The position numbers were made by a program, and so were the translations under genes. DNA of 64,000 nt from Lingula anatina (Eukaryota > Animalia > Brachiopoda): the NCBI GenBank assembly GCA_051362555.1, contig JBPQGU010000016.1, positions 3,844,001-3,908,000 on the forward strand, given 5' to 3'. Under the pieces are notes generated by a model. That model ran no database searches. It was not told where the DNA came from and saw nothing but the letters and a program-made list of their open reading frames with translations. Shown one piece after another: positions 27,701 through 40,029 of the stretch. Position 1 is the stretch's first letter, and each line of letters opens with the position of its first letter.

Positions 27701-30700
27701 AGAATAAAGTGCTGGAAGAGTGGTGGTGTCAACATTAAGGAAGAAATAGAGCAAAAACTCTCTCTCCCCCCCCCCCTCTCAGATTCTGTTCTCAGAGCTT
27801 ATTTTTGGATCATCTTTAAAGCTAGAATTGGGGGCCTTGATGAAGTGACCCGGGCGCGTTTCCACATTTTTTATGAATGACAGGTGTGGTAGATTGATTT
27901 TCCTCACTTTTTGGAAAAATCGGAGACGGGTCGATTTTTGGTGATTTTGAGTGATTTTGAACAGTGCCGGCACTGTGAGATTTCTTCACAATTTTGGCCA
28001 GGTAGGGATGAAAATTTTTTTTCTTCATTATAGTGTCAGGTAGGTGTGTTCGGTCATTTGTAGTAAGAATAAAGTGCTGGAAGAGTGGTGGTGTCAACAT
28101 TAAGGAAGAAATAGAGCAAAAACTCTCTCTCCCCCCCCCCCTCTCAGATTCTGTTCTCAGAGCTTATTTTTGGATCATCTTTAAAGCTAGAATTGGGGGC
28201 CTTGATGAAGTGACCCGGGCGCGTTTCCACATTTTTTATGAATGACAGGTGTGGTAGGTTGATTTTCCTCACTTTTTGGAAAAATCGGAGACGGGTCGAT
28301 TTTTGGTGATTTTGAGTGATTTTGAACAGTGCCGGCACTGTGAGATTTCTTCAATTTTGGCCAGGTAGGGATGAAAATTTTTTTTCTTCATTATAGTGTC
28401 AGGTAGGTGTGTTCGGTCATTTGTAGTAAGAATAAAGTGCTGGAAGAGTGGTGGTGTCAACATTAAGGAAGAAATAGAGCAAAAACTCTCTCTCCCCCCC
28501 CCCCTCTCAGATTCTGTTCTCAGAGCTTATTTTTGGATCATCTTTAAAGCTAGAATTGGGGGCCTTGATGAAGTGACCCGGGCGCGTTTCCACATTTTTT
28601 ATGAATGACAGGTGTGGTAGATTGATTTTCCTCACTTTTTGGAAAAATCGGAGACGGGTCGATTTTTGGTGATTTTGAGTGATTTTGAACAGTGCCGGCA
28701 CTGTGAGATTTCTTCAATTTTGGCCAGGTAGGGATGAAAATTTTTTTTCTTCATTATAGTGTCAGGTAGGTGTGTTCGGTCATTTGTAGTAAGAATAAAG
28801 TGCTGGAAGAGTGGTGGTGTCAACATTAAGGAAGAAATAGAGCAAAAACTCTCTCTCCCCCCCCCCCTCTCAGATTCTGTTCTCAGAGCTTATTTTTGGA
28901 TCATCTTTAAAGCTAGAATTGGGGGCCTTGATGAAGTGACCCGGGCGCGTTTCCACATTTTTTATGAATGACAGGTGTGGTAGATTGATTTTCCTCACTT
29001 TTTGGAAAAATCGGAGACGGGTCGATTTTTGGTGATTTTGAGTGATTTTGAACAGTGCCGGCACTGTGAGATTTCTTCAATTTTGGCCAGGTAGGGATGA
29101 AAATTTTTTTTCTTCATTATAGTGTCAGGTAGGTGTGTTCGGTCATTTGTAGTAAGAATAAAGTGCTGGAAGAGTGGTGGTGTCAACATTAAGGAAGAAA
29201 TAGAGCAAAAACTCTCTCTCCCCCCCCCCCTCTCAGATTCTGTTCTCAGAGCTTATTTTTGGATCATCTTTAAAGCTAGAATTGGGGGCCTTGATGAAGT
29301 GACCCGGGCGCGTTTCCACATTTTTTATGAATGACAGGTGTGGTAGATTGATTTTCCTCACTTTTTGGAAAAATCGGAGACGGGTCGATTTTTGGTGATT
29401 TTGAGTGATTTTGAACAGTGCCGGCACTGTGAGATTTCTTCAATTTTGGCCAGGTAGGGATGAAAATTTTTTTTCTTCATTATAGTGTCAGGTAGGTGTG
29501 TTCGGTCATTTGTAGTAAGAATAAAGTGCTGGAAGAGTGGTGGTGTCAACATTAAGGAAGAAATAGAGCAAAAACTCTCTCTCCCCCCCCCCTCTCAGAT
29601 TCTGTTCTCAGAGAGCTTATTTTTGGATCATCTTTAAAGCTAGAATTCGGGGCCTTGATGAAGTGACCCGGGCGCGTTTCCACATTTTTTATGAATGACA
29701 GGTGTGGTAGATTGATTTTCCTCACTTTTTGGAAAAATCGGAGACGGGTCGATTTTTGGTGATTTTGAGTGATTTTGAACAGTGCCGGCACTGTGAGATT
29801 TCTTCAATTTTGGCCAGGTAGGGATGAAAATTTTTTTTCTTCATTATAGTGTCAGGTAGGTGTGTTCGGTCATTTGTAGTAAGAATAAAGTGCTGGAAGA
29901 GTGGTGGTGTCAACATTAAGGAAGAAATAGAGCAAAAACTCTCTCTCCCCCCCCCCCTCTCAGATTCTGTTCTCAGAGCTTATTTTTGGATCATCTTTAA
30001 AGCTAGAATTGGGGGCCTTGATGAAGTGACCCGGGCGCGTTTCCACATTTTTTATGAATGACAGGTGTGGTAGATTGATTTTCCTCACTTTTTGGAAAAA
30101 TCGGAGACGGGTCGATTTTTGGTGATTTTGAGTGATTTTGAACAGTGCCGGCACTGTGAGATTTCTTCAATTTTGGCCAGGTAGGGATGAAAATTTTTTT
30201 TCTTCATTATAGTGTCAGGTAGGTGTGTTCGGTCATTTGTAGTAAGAATAAAGTGCTGGAAGAGTGGTGGTGTCAACATTAAGGAAGAAATAGAGCAAAA
30301 ACTCTCTCTCCCCCCCCCCCTCTCAGATTCTGTTCTCAGAGCTTATTTTTGGATCATCTTTAAAGCTAGAATTGGGGGCCTTGATGAAGTGACCCGGGCG
30401 CGTTTCCACATTTTTTATGAATGACAGGTGTGGTAGATTGATTTTCCTCACTTTTTGGAAAAATCGGAGACGGGTCGATTTTTGGTGATTTTGAGTGATT
30501 TTGAACAGTGCCGGCACTGTGAGATTTCTTCAATTTTGGCCAGGTAGGGATGAAAATTTTTTTTCTTCATTATAGTGTCAGGTAGGTGTGTTCGGTCATT
30601 TGTAGTAAGAATAAAGTGCTGGAAGAGTGGTGGTGTCAACATTAAGGAAGAAATAGAGCAAAAACTCTCTCTCCCCCCCCCCTCTCAGATTCTGTTCTCA

Positions 30701-33700
30701 GAGCTTATTTTTGGATCATCTTTAAAGCTAGAATTGGGGGCCTTGATGAAGTGACCCGGGCGCGTTTCCACATTTTTTATGAATGACAGGTGTGGTAGAT
30801 TGATTTTCCTCACTTTTTGGAAAAATCGGAGACGGGTCGATTTTTGGTGATTTTGAGTGATTTTGAACAGTGCCGGCACTGTGAGATTTCTTCAATTTTG
30901 GCCAGGTAGGGATGAAAATTTTTTTTCTTCATTATAGTGTCAGGTAGGTGTGTTCGGTCATTTGTAGTAAGAATAAAGTGCTGGAAGAGTGGTGGTGTCA
31001 ACATTAAGGAAGAAATAGAGCAAAAACTCTCTCTCCCCCCCCCCTCTCAGATTCTGTTCTCAGAGCTTATTTTTGGATCATCTTTAAAGCTAGAATTGGG
31101 GGCCTTGATGAAGTGACCCGGGCGCGTTTCCACATTTTTTATGAATGACAGGTGTGGTAGATTGATTTTCCTCACTTTTTGGAAAAATCGGAGACGGGTC
31201 GATTTTTGGTGATTTTGAGTGATTTTGAACAGTGCCGGCACTGTGAGATTTCTTCAATTTTGGCCAGGTAGGGATGAAAATTTTTTTTCTTCATTATAGT
31301 GTCAGGTAGGTGTGTTCGGTCATTTGTAGTAAGAATAAAGTGCTGGAAGAGTGGTGGTGTCAACATTAAGGAAGAAATAGAGCAAAAACTCTCTCTCCCC
31401 CCCCCCCTCTCAGATTCTGTTCTCAGAGCTTATTTTTGGATCATCTTTAAAGCTAGAATTGGGGGCCTTGATGAAGTGACCCGGGCGCGTTTCCACATTT
31501 TTTATGAATGACAGGTGTGGTAGATTGATTTTCCTCACTTTTTGGAAAAATCGGAGACGGGTCGATTTTTGGTGATTTTGAGTGATTTTGAACAGTGCCG
31601 GCACTGTGAGATTTCTTCAATTTTGGCCAGGTAGGGATGAAAATTTTTTTTCTTCATTATAGTGTCAGGTAGGTGTGTTCGGTCATTTGTAGTAAGAATA
31701 AAGTGCTGGAAGAGTGGTGGTGTCAACATTAAGGAAGAAATAGAGCAAAAACTCTCTCTCCCCCCCCCCTCTCAGATTCTGTTCTCAGAGCTTATTTTTG
31801 GATCATCTTTAAAGCTAGAATTGGGGGCCTTGATGAAGTGACCCGGGCGCGTTTCCACATTTTTTATGAATGACAGGTGTGGTAGATTGATTTTCCTCAC
31901 TTTTTGGAAAAATCGGAGACGGGTCGATTTTTGGTGATTTTGAGTGATTTTGAACAGTGCCGGCACTGTGAGATTTCTTCAATTTTGGCCAGGTAGGGAT
32001 GAAAATTTTTTTTCTTCATTATAGTGTCAGGTAGGTGTGTTCGGTCATTTGTAGTAAGAATAAAGTGCTGGAAGAGTGGTGGTGTCAACATTAAGGAAGA
32101 AATAGAGCAAAAACTCTCTCTCCCCCCCCCCCTCTCAGATTCTGTTCTCAGAGCTTATTTTTGGATCATCTTTAAAGCTAGAATTGGGGGCCTTGATGAA
32201 GTGACCCGGGCGCGTTTCCACATTTTTTATGAATGACAGGTGTGGTAGATTGATTTTCCTCACTTTTTGGAAAAATCGGAGACGGGTCGATTTTTGGTGA
32301 TTTTGAGTGATTTTGAACAGTGCCGGCACTGTGAGATTTCTTCAATTTTGGCCAGGTAGGGATGAAAATTTTTTTTCTTCATTATAGTGTCAGGTAGGTG
32401 TGTTCGGTCATTTGTAGTAAGAATAAAGTGCTGGAAGAGTGGTGGTGTCAACATTAAGGAAGAAATAGAGCAAAAACTCTCTCTCCCCCCCCCCTCTCAG
32501 ATTCTGTTCTCAGAGCTTATTTTTGGATCATCTTTAAAGCTAGAATTGGGGGCCTTGATGAAGTGACCCGGGCGCGTTTCCACATTTTTTATGAATGACA
32601 GGTGTGGTAGATTGATTTTCCTCACTTTTTGGAAAAATCGGAGACGGGTCGATTTTTGGTGATTTTGAGTGATTTTGAACAGTGCCGGCACTGTGAGATT
32701 TCTTCAATTTTGGCCAGGTAGGGATGAAAATTTTTTTTCTTCATTATAGTGTCAGGTAGGTGTGTTCGGTCATTTGTAGTAAGAATAAAGTGCTGGAAGA
32801 GTGGTGGTGTCAACATTAAGGAAGAAATAGAGCAAAAACTCTCTCTCCCCCCCCCCTCTCAGATTCTGTTCTCAGAGCTTATTTTTGGATCATCTTTAAA
32901 GCTAGAATTGGGGGCCTTGATGAAGTGACCCGGGCGCGTTTCCACATTTTTTATGAATGACAGGTGTGGTAGATTGATTTTCCTCACTTTTTGGAAAAAT
33001 CGGAGACGGGTCGATTTTTGGTGATTTTGAGTGATTTTGAACAGTGCCGGCACTGTGAGATTTCTTCAATTTTGGCCAGGTAGGGATGAAAATTTTTTTT
33101 CTTCATTATAGTGTCAGGTAGGTGTGTTCGGTCATTTGTAGTAAGAATAAAGTGCTGGAAGAGTGGTGGTGTCAACATTAAGGAAGAAATAGAGCAAAAA
33201 CTCTCTCTCCCCCCCCCCCTCTCAGATTCTGTTCTCAGAGCTTATTTTTGGATCATCTTTAAAGCTAGAATTGGGGGCCTTGATGAAGTGACCCGGGCGC
33301 GTTTCCACATTTTTTATGAATGACAGGTGTGGTAGATTGATTTTCCTCACTTTTTGGAAAAATCGGAGACGGGTCGATTTTTGGTGATTTTGAGTGATTT
33401 TGAACAGTGCCGGCACTGTGAGATTTCTTCAATTTTGGCCAGGTAGGGATGAAAATTTTTTTTCTTCATTATAGTGTCAGGTAGGTGTGTTCGGTCATTT
33501 GTAGTAAGAATAAAGTGCTGGAAGAGTGGTGGTGTCAACATTAAGGAAGAAATAGAGCAAAAACTCTCTCTCCCCCCCCCCTCTCAGATTCTGTTCTCAG
33601 AGCTTATTTTTGGATCATCTTTAAAGCTAGAATTGGGGGCCTTGATGAAGTGACCCGGGCGCGTTTCCACATTTTTTATGAATGACAGGTGTGGTAGATT

Positions 33701-35287
33701 GATTTTCCTCACTTTTTGGAAAAATCGGAGACGGGTCGATTTTTGGTGATTTTGAGTGATTTTGAACAGTGCCGGCACTGTGAGATTTCTTCAATTTTGG
33801 CCAGGTAGGGATGAAAATTTTTTTTCTTCATTATAGTGTCAGGTAGGTGTGTTCGGTCATTTGTAGTAAGAATAAAGTGCTGGAAGAGTGGTGGTGTCAA
33901 CATTAAGGAAGAAATAGAGCAAAAACTCTCTCTCCCCCCCCCCCTCTCAGATTCTGTTCTCAGAGCTTATTTTTGGATCATCTTTAAAGCTAGAATTGGG
34001 GGCCTTGATGAAGTGACCCGGGCGCGTTTCCACATTTTTTATGAATGACAGGTGTGGTAGATTGATTTTCCTCACTTTTTGGAAAAATCGGAGACGGGTC
34101 GATTTTTGGTGATTTTGAGTGATTTTGAACAGTGCCGGCACTGTGAGATTTCTTCAATTTTGGCCAGGTAGGGATGAAAATTTTTTTTCTTCATTATAGT
34201 GTCAGGTAGGTGTGTTCGGTCATTTGTAGTAAGAATAAAGTGCTGGAAGAGTGGTGGTGTCAACATTAAGGAAGAAATAGAGCAAAAACTCTCTCTCCCC
34301 CCCCCCCTCTCAGATTCTGTTCTCAGAGCTTATTTTTGGATCATCTTTAAAGCTAGAATTGGGGGCCTTGATGAAGTGACCCGGGCGCGTTTCCACATTT
34401 TTTATGAATGACAGGTGTGGTAGGTTGATTTTCCTCACTTTTTGGAAAAATCGGAGACGGGTCGATTTTTGGTGATTTTGAGTGATTTTGAACAGTGCCG
34501 GCACTGTGAGATTTCTTCAATTTTGGCCAGGTAGGGATGAAAATTTTTTTTCTTCATTATAGTGTCAGGTAGGTGTGTTCGGTCATTTGTAGTAAGAATA
34601 AAGTGCTGGAAGAGTGGTGGTGTCAACATTAAGGAAGAAATAGAGCAAAAACTCTCTCTCCCCCCCCCCCTCTCAGATTCTGTTCTCAGAGCTTATTTTT
34701 GGATCATCTTTAAAGCTAGAATTGGGGGCCTTGATGAAGTGACCCGGGCGCGTTTCCACATTTTTTATGAATGACAGGTGTGGTAGATTGATTTTCCTCA
34801 CTTTTTGGAAAAATCGGAGACGGGTCGATTTTTGGTGATTTTGAGTGATTTTGAACAGTGCCGGCACTGTGAGATTTCTTCAATTTTGGCCAGGTAGGGA
34901 TGAAAATTTTTTTTCTTCATTATAGTGTCAGGTAGGTGTGTTCGGTCATTTGTAGTAAGAATAAAGTGCTGGAAGAGTGGTGGTGTCAACATTAAGGAAG
35001 AAATAGAGCAAAAACTCTCTCTCCCCCCCCCCCTCTCAGATTCTGTTCTCAGAGCTTATTTTTGGATCATCTTTAAAGCTAGAATTGGGGGCCTTGATGA
35101 AGTGACCCGGGCGCGTTTCCACATTTTTTATGAATGACAGGTGTGGTAGATTGATTTTCCTCACTTTTTGGAAAAATCGGAGACGGGTCGATTTTTGGTG
35201 ATTTTGAGTGATTTTGAACAGTGCCGGCACTGTGAGATTTCTTCAATTTTGGCCAGGTAGGGATGAAAATTTTTTTTCTTCATTATA

Positions 35288-37200
35288 GTGTCAGGTAGGT
35301 GTGTTCGGTCATTTGTAGTAAGAATAAAGTGCTGGAAGAGTGGTGGTGTCAACATTAAGGAAGAAATAGAGCAAAAACTCTCTCTTCCCCCCCCCCCCTC
35401 TCAGATTCTGTTCTCAGAGCTTATTTTTGGATCATCTTTAAAGCTAGAATTGGGGGCCTTGATGAAGTGACCCGGGCGCGTTTCCACATTTTTTATGAAT
35501 GACAGGTGTGGTAGATTGATTTTCCTCACTTTTTGGAAAAATCGGAGACGGGTCGATTTTTGGTGATTTTGAGTGATTTTGAACAGTGCCGGCACTGTGA
35601 GATTTCTTCAATTTTGGCCAGGTAGGGATGAAAATTTTTTTTCTTCATTATAGTGTCAGGTAGGTGTGTTCGGTCATTTGTAGTAAGAATAAAGTGCTGG
35701 AAGAGTGGTGGTGTCAACATTAAGGAAGAAATAGAGCAAAAACTCTCTCTCCCCCCCCCCCCCTCTCAGATTCTGTTCTCAGAGCTTATTTTTGGATCAT
35801 CTTTAAAGCTAGAATTCGGGGCCTTGATGAAGTGACCCGGGCGCGTTTCCACATTTTTTATGAATGACAGGTGTGGTAGATTGATTTTCCTCACTTTTTG
35901 GAAAAATCGGAGACGGGTCGATTTTTGGTGATTTTGAGTGATTTTGAACAGTGCCGGCACTGTGAGATTTCTTCAATTTTGGCCAGGTAGGGATGAAAAT
36001 TTTTTTTCTTCATTATAGTGTCAGGTAGGTGTGTTCGGTCATTTGTAGTAAGAATAAAGTGCTGGAAGAGTGGTGGTGTCAACATTAAGGAAGAAATAGA
36101 GCAAAAACTCTCTCTCCCCCCCCCCCCTCTCAGATTCTGTTCTCAGAGCTTATTTTTGGATCATCTTTAAAGCTAGAATTGGGGGCCTTGATGAAGTGAC
36201 CCGGGCGCGTTTCCACATTTTTTATGAATGACAGGTGTGGTAGATTGATTTTCCTCACTTTTTGGAAAAATCGGAGACGGGTCGATTTTTGGTGATTTTG
36301 AGTGATTTTGAACAGTGCCGGCACTGTGAGATTTCTTCAATTTTGGCCAGGTAGGGATGAAAATTTTTTTTCTTCATTATAGTGTCAGGTAGGTGTGTTC
36401 GGTCATTTGTAGTAAGAATAAAGTGCTGGAAGAGTGGTGGTGTCAACATTAAGGAAGAAATAGAGCAAAAACTCTCTCTTCCCCCCCCCCCCTCTCAGAT
36501 TCTGTTCTCAGAGCTTATTTTTGGATCATCTTTAAAGCTAGAATTGGGGGCCTTGATGAAGTGACCCGGGCGCGTTTCCACATTTTTTATGAATGACAGG
36601 TGTGGTAGATTGATTTTCCTCACTTTTTGGAAAAATCGGAGACGGGTCGATTTTTGGTGATTTTGAGTGATTTTGAACAGTGCCGGCACTGTGAGATTTC
36701 TTCAATTTTGGCCAGGTAGGGATGAAAATTTTTTTTCTTCATTATAGTGTCAGGTAGGTGTGTTCGGTCATTTGTAGTAAGAATAAAGTGCTGGAAGAGT
36801 GGTGGTGTCAACATTAAGGAAGAAATAGAGCAAAAACTCTCTCTCCCCCCCCCCCCCTCTCAGATTCTGTTCTCAGAGCTTATTTTTGGATCATCTTTAA
36901 AGCTAGAATTCGGGGCCTTGATGAAGTGACCCGGGCGCGTTTCCACATTTTTTATGAATGACAGGTGTGGTAGATTGATTTTCCTCACTTTTTGGAAAAA
37001 TCGGAGACGGGTCGATTTTTGGTGATTTTGAGTGATTTTGAACAGTGCCGGCACTGTGAGATTTCTTCAATTTTGGCCAGGTAGGGATGAAAATTTTTTT
37101 TCTTCATTATAGTGTCAGGTAGGTGTGTTCGGTCATTTGTAGTAAGAATAAAGTGCTGGAAGAGTGGTGGTGTCAACATTAAGGAAGAAATAGAGCAAAA
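35288..37200. repeat. Local 3-monomer duplication (~1094-bp period) at the edge of the core
   Basis: An extra T before the poly-C occurs at 35386 and 36480, and GAATTCGGGG at 35817 and 36911; both offsets are 1094. Boundaries are approximate. Confidence 0.8.
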
Positions 37201-40029
37201 ACTCTCTCTCCCCCCCCCCCCCTCTCAGATTCTGTTCTCAGAGCTTATTTTTGGATCATCTTTAAAGCTAGAATTGGGGGCCTTGATGAAGTGACCTGGG
37301 CGCGTTTCCACATTTTTTATGAATGACAGGTGTGGTAGATTGATTTTCCTCACTTTTTGGAAAAATCGGAGACGGGTCGATTTTTGGTGATTTTGAGTGA
37401 TTTTGAACAGTGCCGGCACTGTGAGATTTCTTCAGTTTTGGCCAGGTAGGGATGAAAATTTTTTTTCTTCATTATAGTGTCAGGTAGGTGTGTTCGGTCA
37501 TTTGTAGTAAGAATAAAGTGCTGGAAGAGTGGTGGTGTCAACATTAAGGAAGAAATAGAGCAAAAACTCTCTCTCCCCCCCCCCCTCTCAGATTCTGTTC
37601 TCAGAGCTTATTTTTGGATCATCTTTAAAGCTAGAATTGGGGGCCTTGATGAAGTGACCCGGGCGCGTTTCCACATTTTTTATGAATGACAGGTGTGGTA
37701 GATTGATTTTCCTCACTTTTTGGAAAAATCGGAGACGGGTCGATTTTTGGTGATTTTGAGTGATTTTGAACAGTGCCGGCACTGTGAGATTTCTTCAATT
37801 TTGGCCAGGTAGGGATGAAAATTTTTTTTCTTCATTATAGTGTCAGGTAGGTGTGTTCGGTCATTTGTAGTAAGAATAAAGTGCTGGAAGAGTGGTGGTG
37901 TCAACATTAAGGAAGAAATAGAGCAAAAACTCTCTCTCCCCCCCCCCCCCCCCCTCTCAGATTCTGTTCTCAGAGCTTATTTTTGGATCATCTTTAAAGC
38001 TAGAATTGGGGGCCTTGATGAAGTGACCCGGGCGCGTTTCCACATTTTTTATGAATGACAGGTGTGGTAGATTGATTTTCCTCACTTTTTGGAAAAATCG
38101 GAGACGGGTCGATTTTTGGTGATTTTGAGTGATTTTGAACAGTGCCGGCACTGTGAGATTTCTTCAATTTTGGCCAGGTAGGGATGAAAATTTTTTTTCT
38201 TCATTATAGTGTCAGGTAGGTGTGTTCGGTCATTTGTAGTAAGAATAAAGTGCTGGAAGAGTGGTGGTGTCAACATTAAGGAAGAAATAGAGCAAAAACT
38301 CTCTCTCCCCCCCCCCCCCCCCCCTCTCAGATTCTGTTCTCAGAGCTTATTTTTGGATCATCTTTAAAGCTAGAATTGGGGGCCTTGATGAAGTGACCCG
38401 GGCGCGTTTCCACATTTTTTATGAATGACAGGTGTGGTAGATTGATTTTCCTCACTTTTTGGAAAAATCGGAGACGGGTCGATTTTTGGTGATTTTGAGT
38501 GATTTTGAACAGTGCCGGCACTGTGAGATTTCTTCAATTTTGGCCAGGTAGGGATGAAATTTTTTTTTCTTCATTATAGTGTCAGGTAGGTGTGTTCGGT
38601 CATTTGTAGTAAGAATAAAGTGCTGGAAGAGTGGTGGTGTCAACATTAAGGAAGAAATAGAGCAAAAACTCTCTCTCCCCCCCCCCTCTCAGATTCTGTT
38701 CTCAGAGCTTATTTTTGGATCATCTTTAAAGCTAGAATTGGGGGCCTTGATGAAGTGACCCGGGCGCGTTTCCACATTTTTTATGAATGACAGGTGTGGT
38801 AGATTGATTTTCCTCACTTTTTGGAAAAATCGGAGACGGGTCGATTTTTGGTGATTTTGAGTGATTTTGAACAGTGCCGGCACTGTGAGATTTCTTCAAT
38901 TTTGGCCAGGTAGGGATGAAAATTTTTTTTCTTCATTATAGTGTCAGGTAGGTGTGTTCGGTCATTTGTAGTAAGAATAAAGTGCTGGAAGAGTGGTGGT
39001 GTCAACATTAAGGAAGAAATAGAGCAAAAACTCTCTCTCCCCCCCCCCCCCCCTCTCAGATTCTGTTCTCAGAGCTTATTTTTGGATCATCTTTAAAGCT
39101 AGAATTGGGGGCCTTGATGAAGTGACCCGGGCGCGTTTCCACATTTTTTATGAATGACAGGTGTGGTAGATTGATTTTCCTCACTTTTTGGAAAAATCGG
39201 AGACGGGTCGATTTTTGGTGATTTTGAGTGATTTTGAACAGTGCCGGCACTGTGAGATTTCTTCAATTTTGGCCAGGTAGGGATGAAAATTTTTTTTCTT
39301 CATTATAGTGTCAGGTAGGTGTGTTCAGTCATTTGTAGTAAGAATAAAGTGCTGGAAGAGTGGTGGTGTCAACATTAAGGAAGAAATAGAGCAAAAACTC
39401 TCTCTCCCCCCCCCTCTCAGATTCTGTTCTCAGAGCTTATTTTTGGATCATCTTTAAAGCTAGAATTGGGGGCCTTGATGAAGTGACCCGGGCGCGTTTC
39501 CACATTTTTTATGAATGACAGGTGTGGTAGATTGATTTTCGTCACTTTCTGGAAAAATCGGAGACGGGTCGATTTTTGGTGATTTTGAGTGATTTTGAAC
39601 AGTGCCGGCACTGTGAGATTTCTTCAATTTTGGCCAGGTAGGGATGAAAATTTTTTTTCTTCATTATAGTGTCAGGTAGGTGTGTTCGGTCATTTGTAGT
39701 AAGAATAAAGTGCTGGAAGAGTGGTGGTGTCAACATTAAGGAAGAAATAGAGCAAAAACTCTCTCTCCCCCCCCCTCTCAGATTCTGTTCTCAGAACTTA
39801 TTTTTGGATCATCTTTAAAGCTAGAATTGGGGGCCTTGATGAAGTGACCCGGGCGCGTTTCCACATTTTTTATAAATAACAGGTGTGGTAGAGTGATTTT
39901 CGTCACTTTTTGGAAAAATCGGAGACGGGTCGATTTTTGGTGATTTTGAGTGATTTTGAACAGTGCCGGCACTGTGAGATTTCTTCAATTTTGGCCAGGT
40001 AGGGATGAAAATTTTTTTTCTTCATTATA

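Larger units (their letters stand above)
1..39300. repeat. Homogeneous core subarray ('TTTTCCTCAC' monomer subtype), ~108 near-identical copies
   Basis: Monomers are essentially identical apart from poly-C length and a few private variants. All carry TTTTCCTCAC (last seen at 39180); the ORF track reads ...QKVRKI... throughout. Confidence 0.95.
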
